A DNA stretch of 64,000 nt, taken from assembly GCF_018350175.1 (NCBI RefSeq), contig NC_058368.1:99388001-99452000 (forward strand). The letters are read 5' to 3'. This document shows, one piece after another, positions 63,237 through 64,000 of the stretch. The position numbers and the translations under genes are program-made. Position 1 is the first letter of the stretch. Each line of letters starts with the position of its first letter. Origin of the DNA: Felis catus (taxonomy: Eukaryota). Below the pieces are notes generated by a model. The model ran no database searches. It was not told the origin of the DNA and was given only the letters and a program-made list of their open reading frames with translations.

Positions 63237-63386
63237 AGAATGAGCCATCTTGGAACCAGGTACAAGGTTTAGAGAGTGACTTGCGATACACAGCTTAAAA
63301 TTATCTCTTTGTAACCTCTATAAATGGTCTAGAGTTGCCTCTCAGGGTCTGTTCTTTCAGTCACAAATCTTTTACATTGAAAATGA
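63237..63386 (+). repeat. Copy 2 of about 150-bp direct duplication
   Basis: Aligns by eye to 61201-61351. Confidence 0.92.
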
Positions 63387-63442
63387 CCTTGAGAGTAAAA
63401 GAATATAAAAATCACATTTGCCTGAGTTTTGATGATGAGCCT

Positions 63443-63637
63443 TTTTTTTTCTCTTTTAATGTTTGTTTGCTTGTTTTGAGAGAGAGTGGGGGGAAGGGAG
63501 AGAGAGGGAATCCTAAACAGACTCTGTGCTATCAAGGCAGAGCTCCACTCGAGGCCTAATCCCATAAACAAAGAGATCATGCCCTGAGCCAAAATCAAGA
63601 GTCTGACATTTAACCGACTGGGCCACCCAGGCATCCC
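63443..63637 (-). mobile_element. CAN-SINE
   Basis: gagatcatgccctgagccaaaatcaagagtctgac...ggccacccaggcatccc. Confidence 0.92.
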
Positions 63638-64000
63638 GAAAATAGAGGGCTTTAAGAACTTCTTGACTCATTGCTTTCATCCTGATAAAGCAATGTCTCT
63701 CACCTGTGCCAGGAAATGCCAAGAGACCGTTTCAAACTTCTTAGATGGAGAGTTGAAATAAACTTGGAATTTATGCAGAAATGTTCGCAAGGATACCAAT
63801 ATGTGATGATTTTTAAAAAGGGGCTTAAATATAATATTCTAAAATTCTTTCCAAAATCTTACAGTCACCCTCAACCTGAACACAGCTTTACTTGTAATTT
63901 TTAAACAGGTACGGTATATGCACACAATATACTTTCTAGTATCTATTATAATGTTCCATGAAACTGATAACTCAAAATGAGGATAAATGTTAACTTCCAG

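Noticed and set aside
267..63722. Recurrent ORF families such as MAQSV...SLEPASDSVSPSLS and GAPGWRSRLSVRLQPGHDL as a gene family
   Set aside because: They are translations of CAN-SINE copies, with A tails and TSDs.

Overview
Mammalian, AT-rich, repeat-dense genomic DNA, almost certainly from a cat (Felidae). It carries about 30 tRNA-derived CAN-SINEs, including five near-identical young SINEC_Fc-type copies. Other repeats are many degraded L1 pieces, L2 relics, MaLR/ERVL LTRs, one young-looking ERV2-type solo LTR with a 6-bp TSD, and Tigger-type DNA transposons. No intact protein-coding gene is visible, and most of the longer ORF-track entries are SINE, L1 or microsatellite read-throughs. The main unexplained structure is about 20 AG...GT-bounded, exon-sized segments on the + strand (1333 to about 55.7 kb), lying in the repeat-free islands. 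Many are stop-free, and adjacent ones can be chained with compatible splice phases, but several have in-frame stops or a homopolymer frameshift. This fits a decaying multi-exon gene (unitary pseudogene, or a lncRNA derived from one) that I cannot name. Other highlights are a tailless 5S rRNA retrocopy with a 15-bp TSD inside an L1 ORF1 relic, a near-perfect 41-bp hairpin, a ~150-bp local duplication 2 kb apart, a probable twin-primed L1 with a captured foreign insert, and an unexplained 113-codon minus-strand ORF. Repeat family names are recalled by eye, not from a search, and boundaries of old repeats are approximate.
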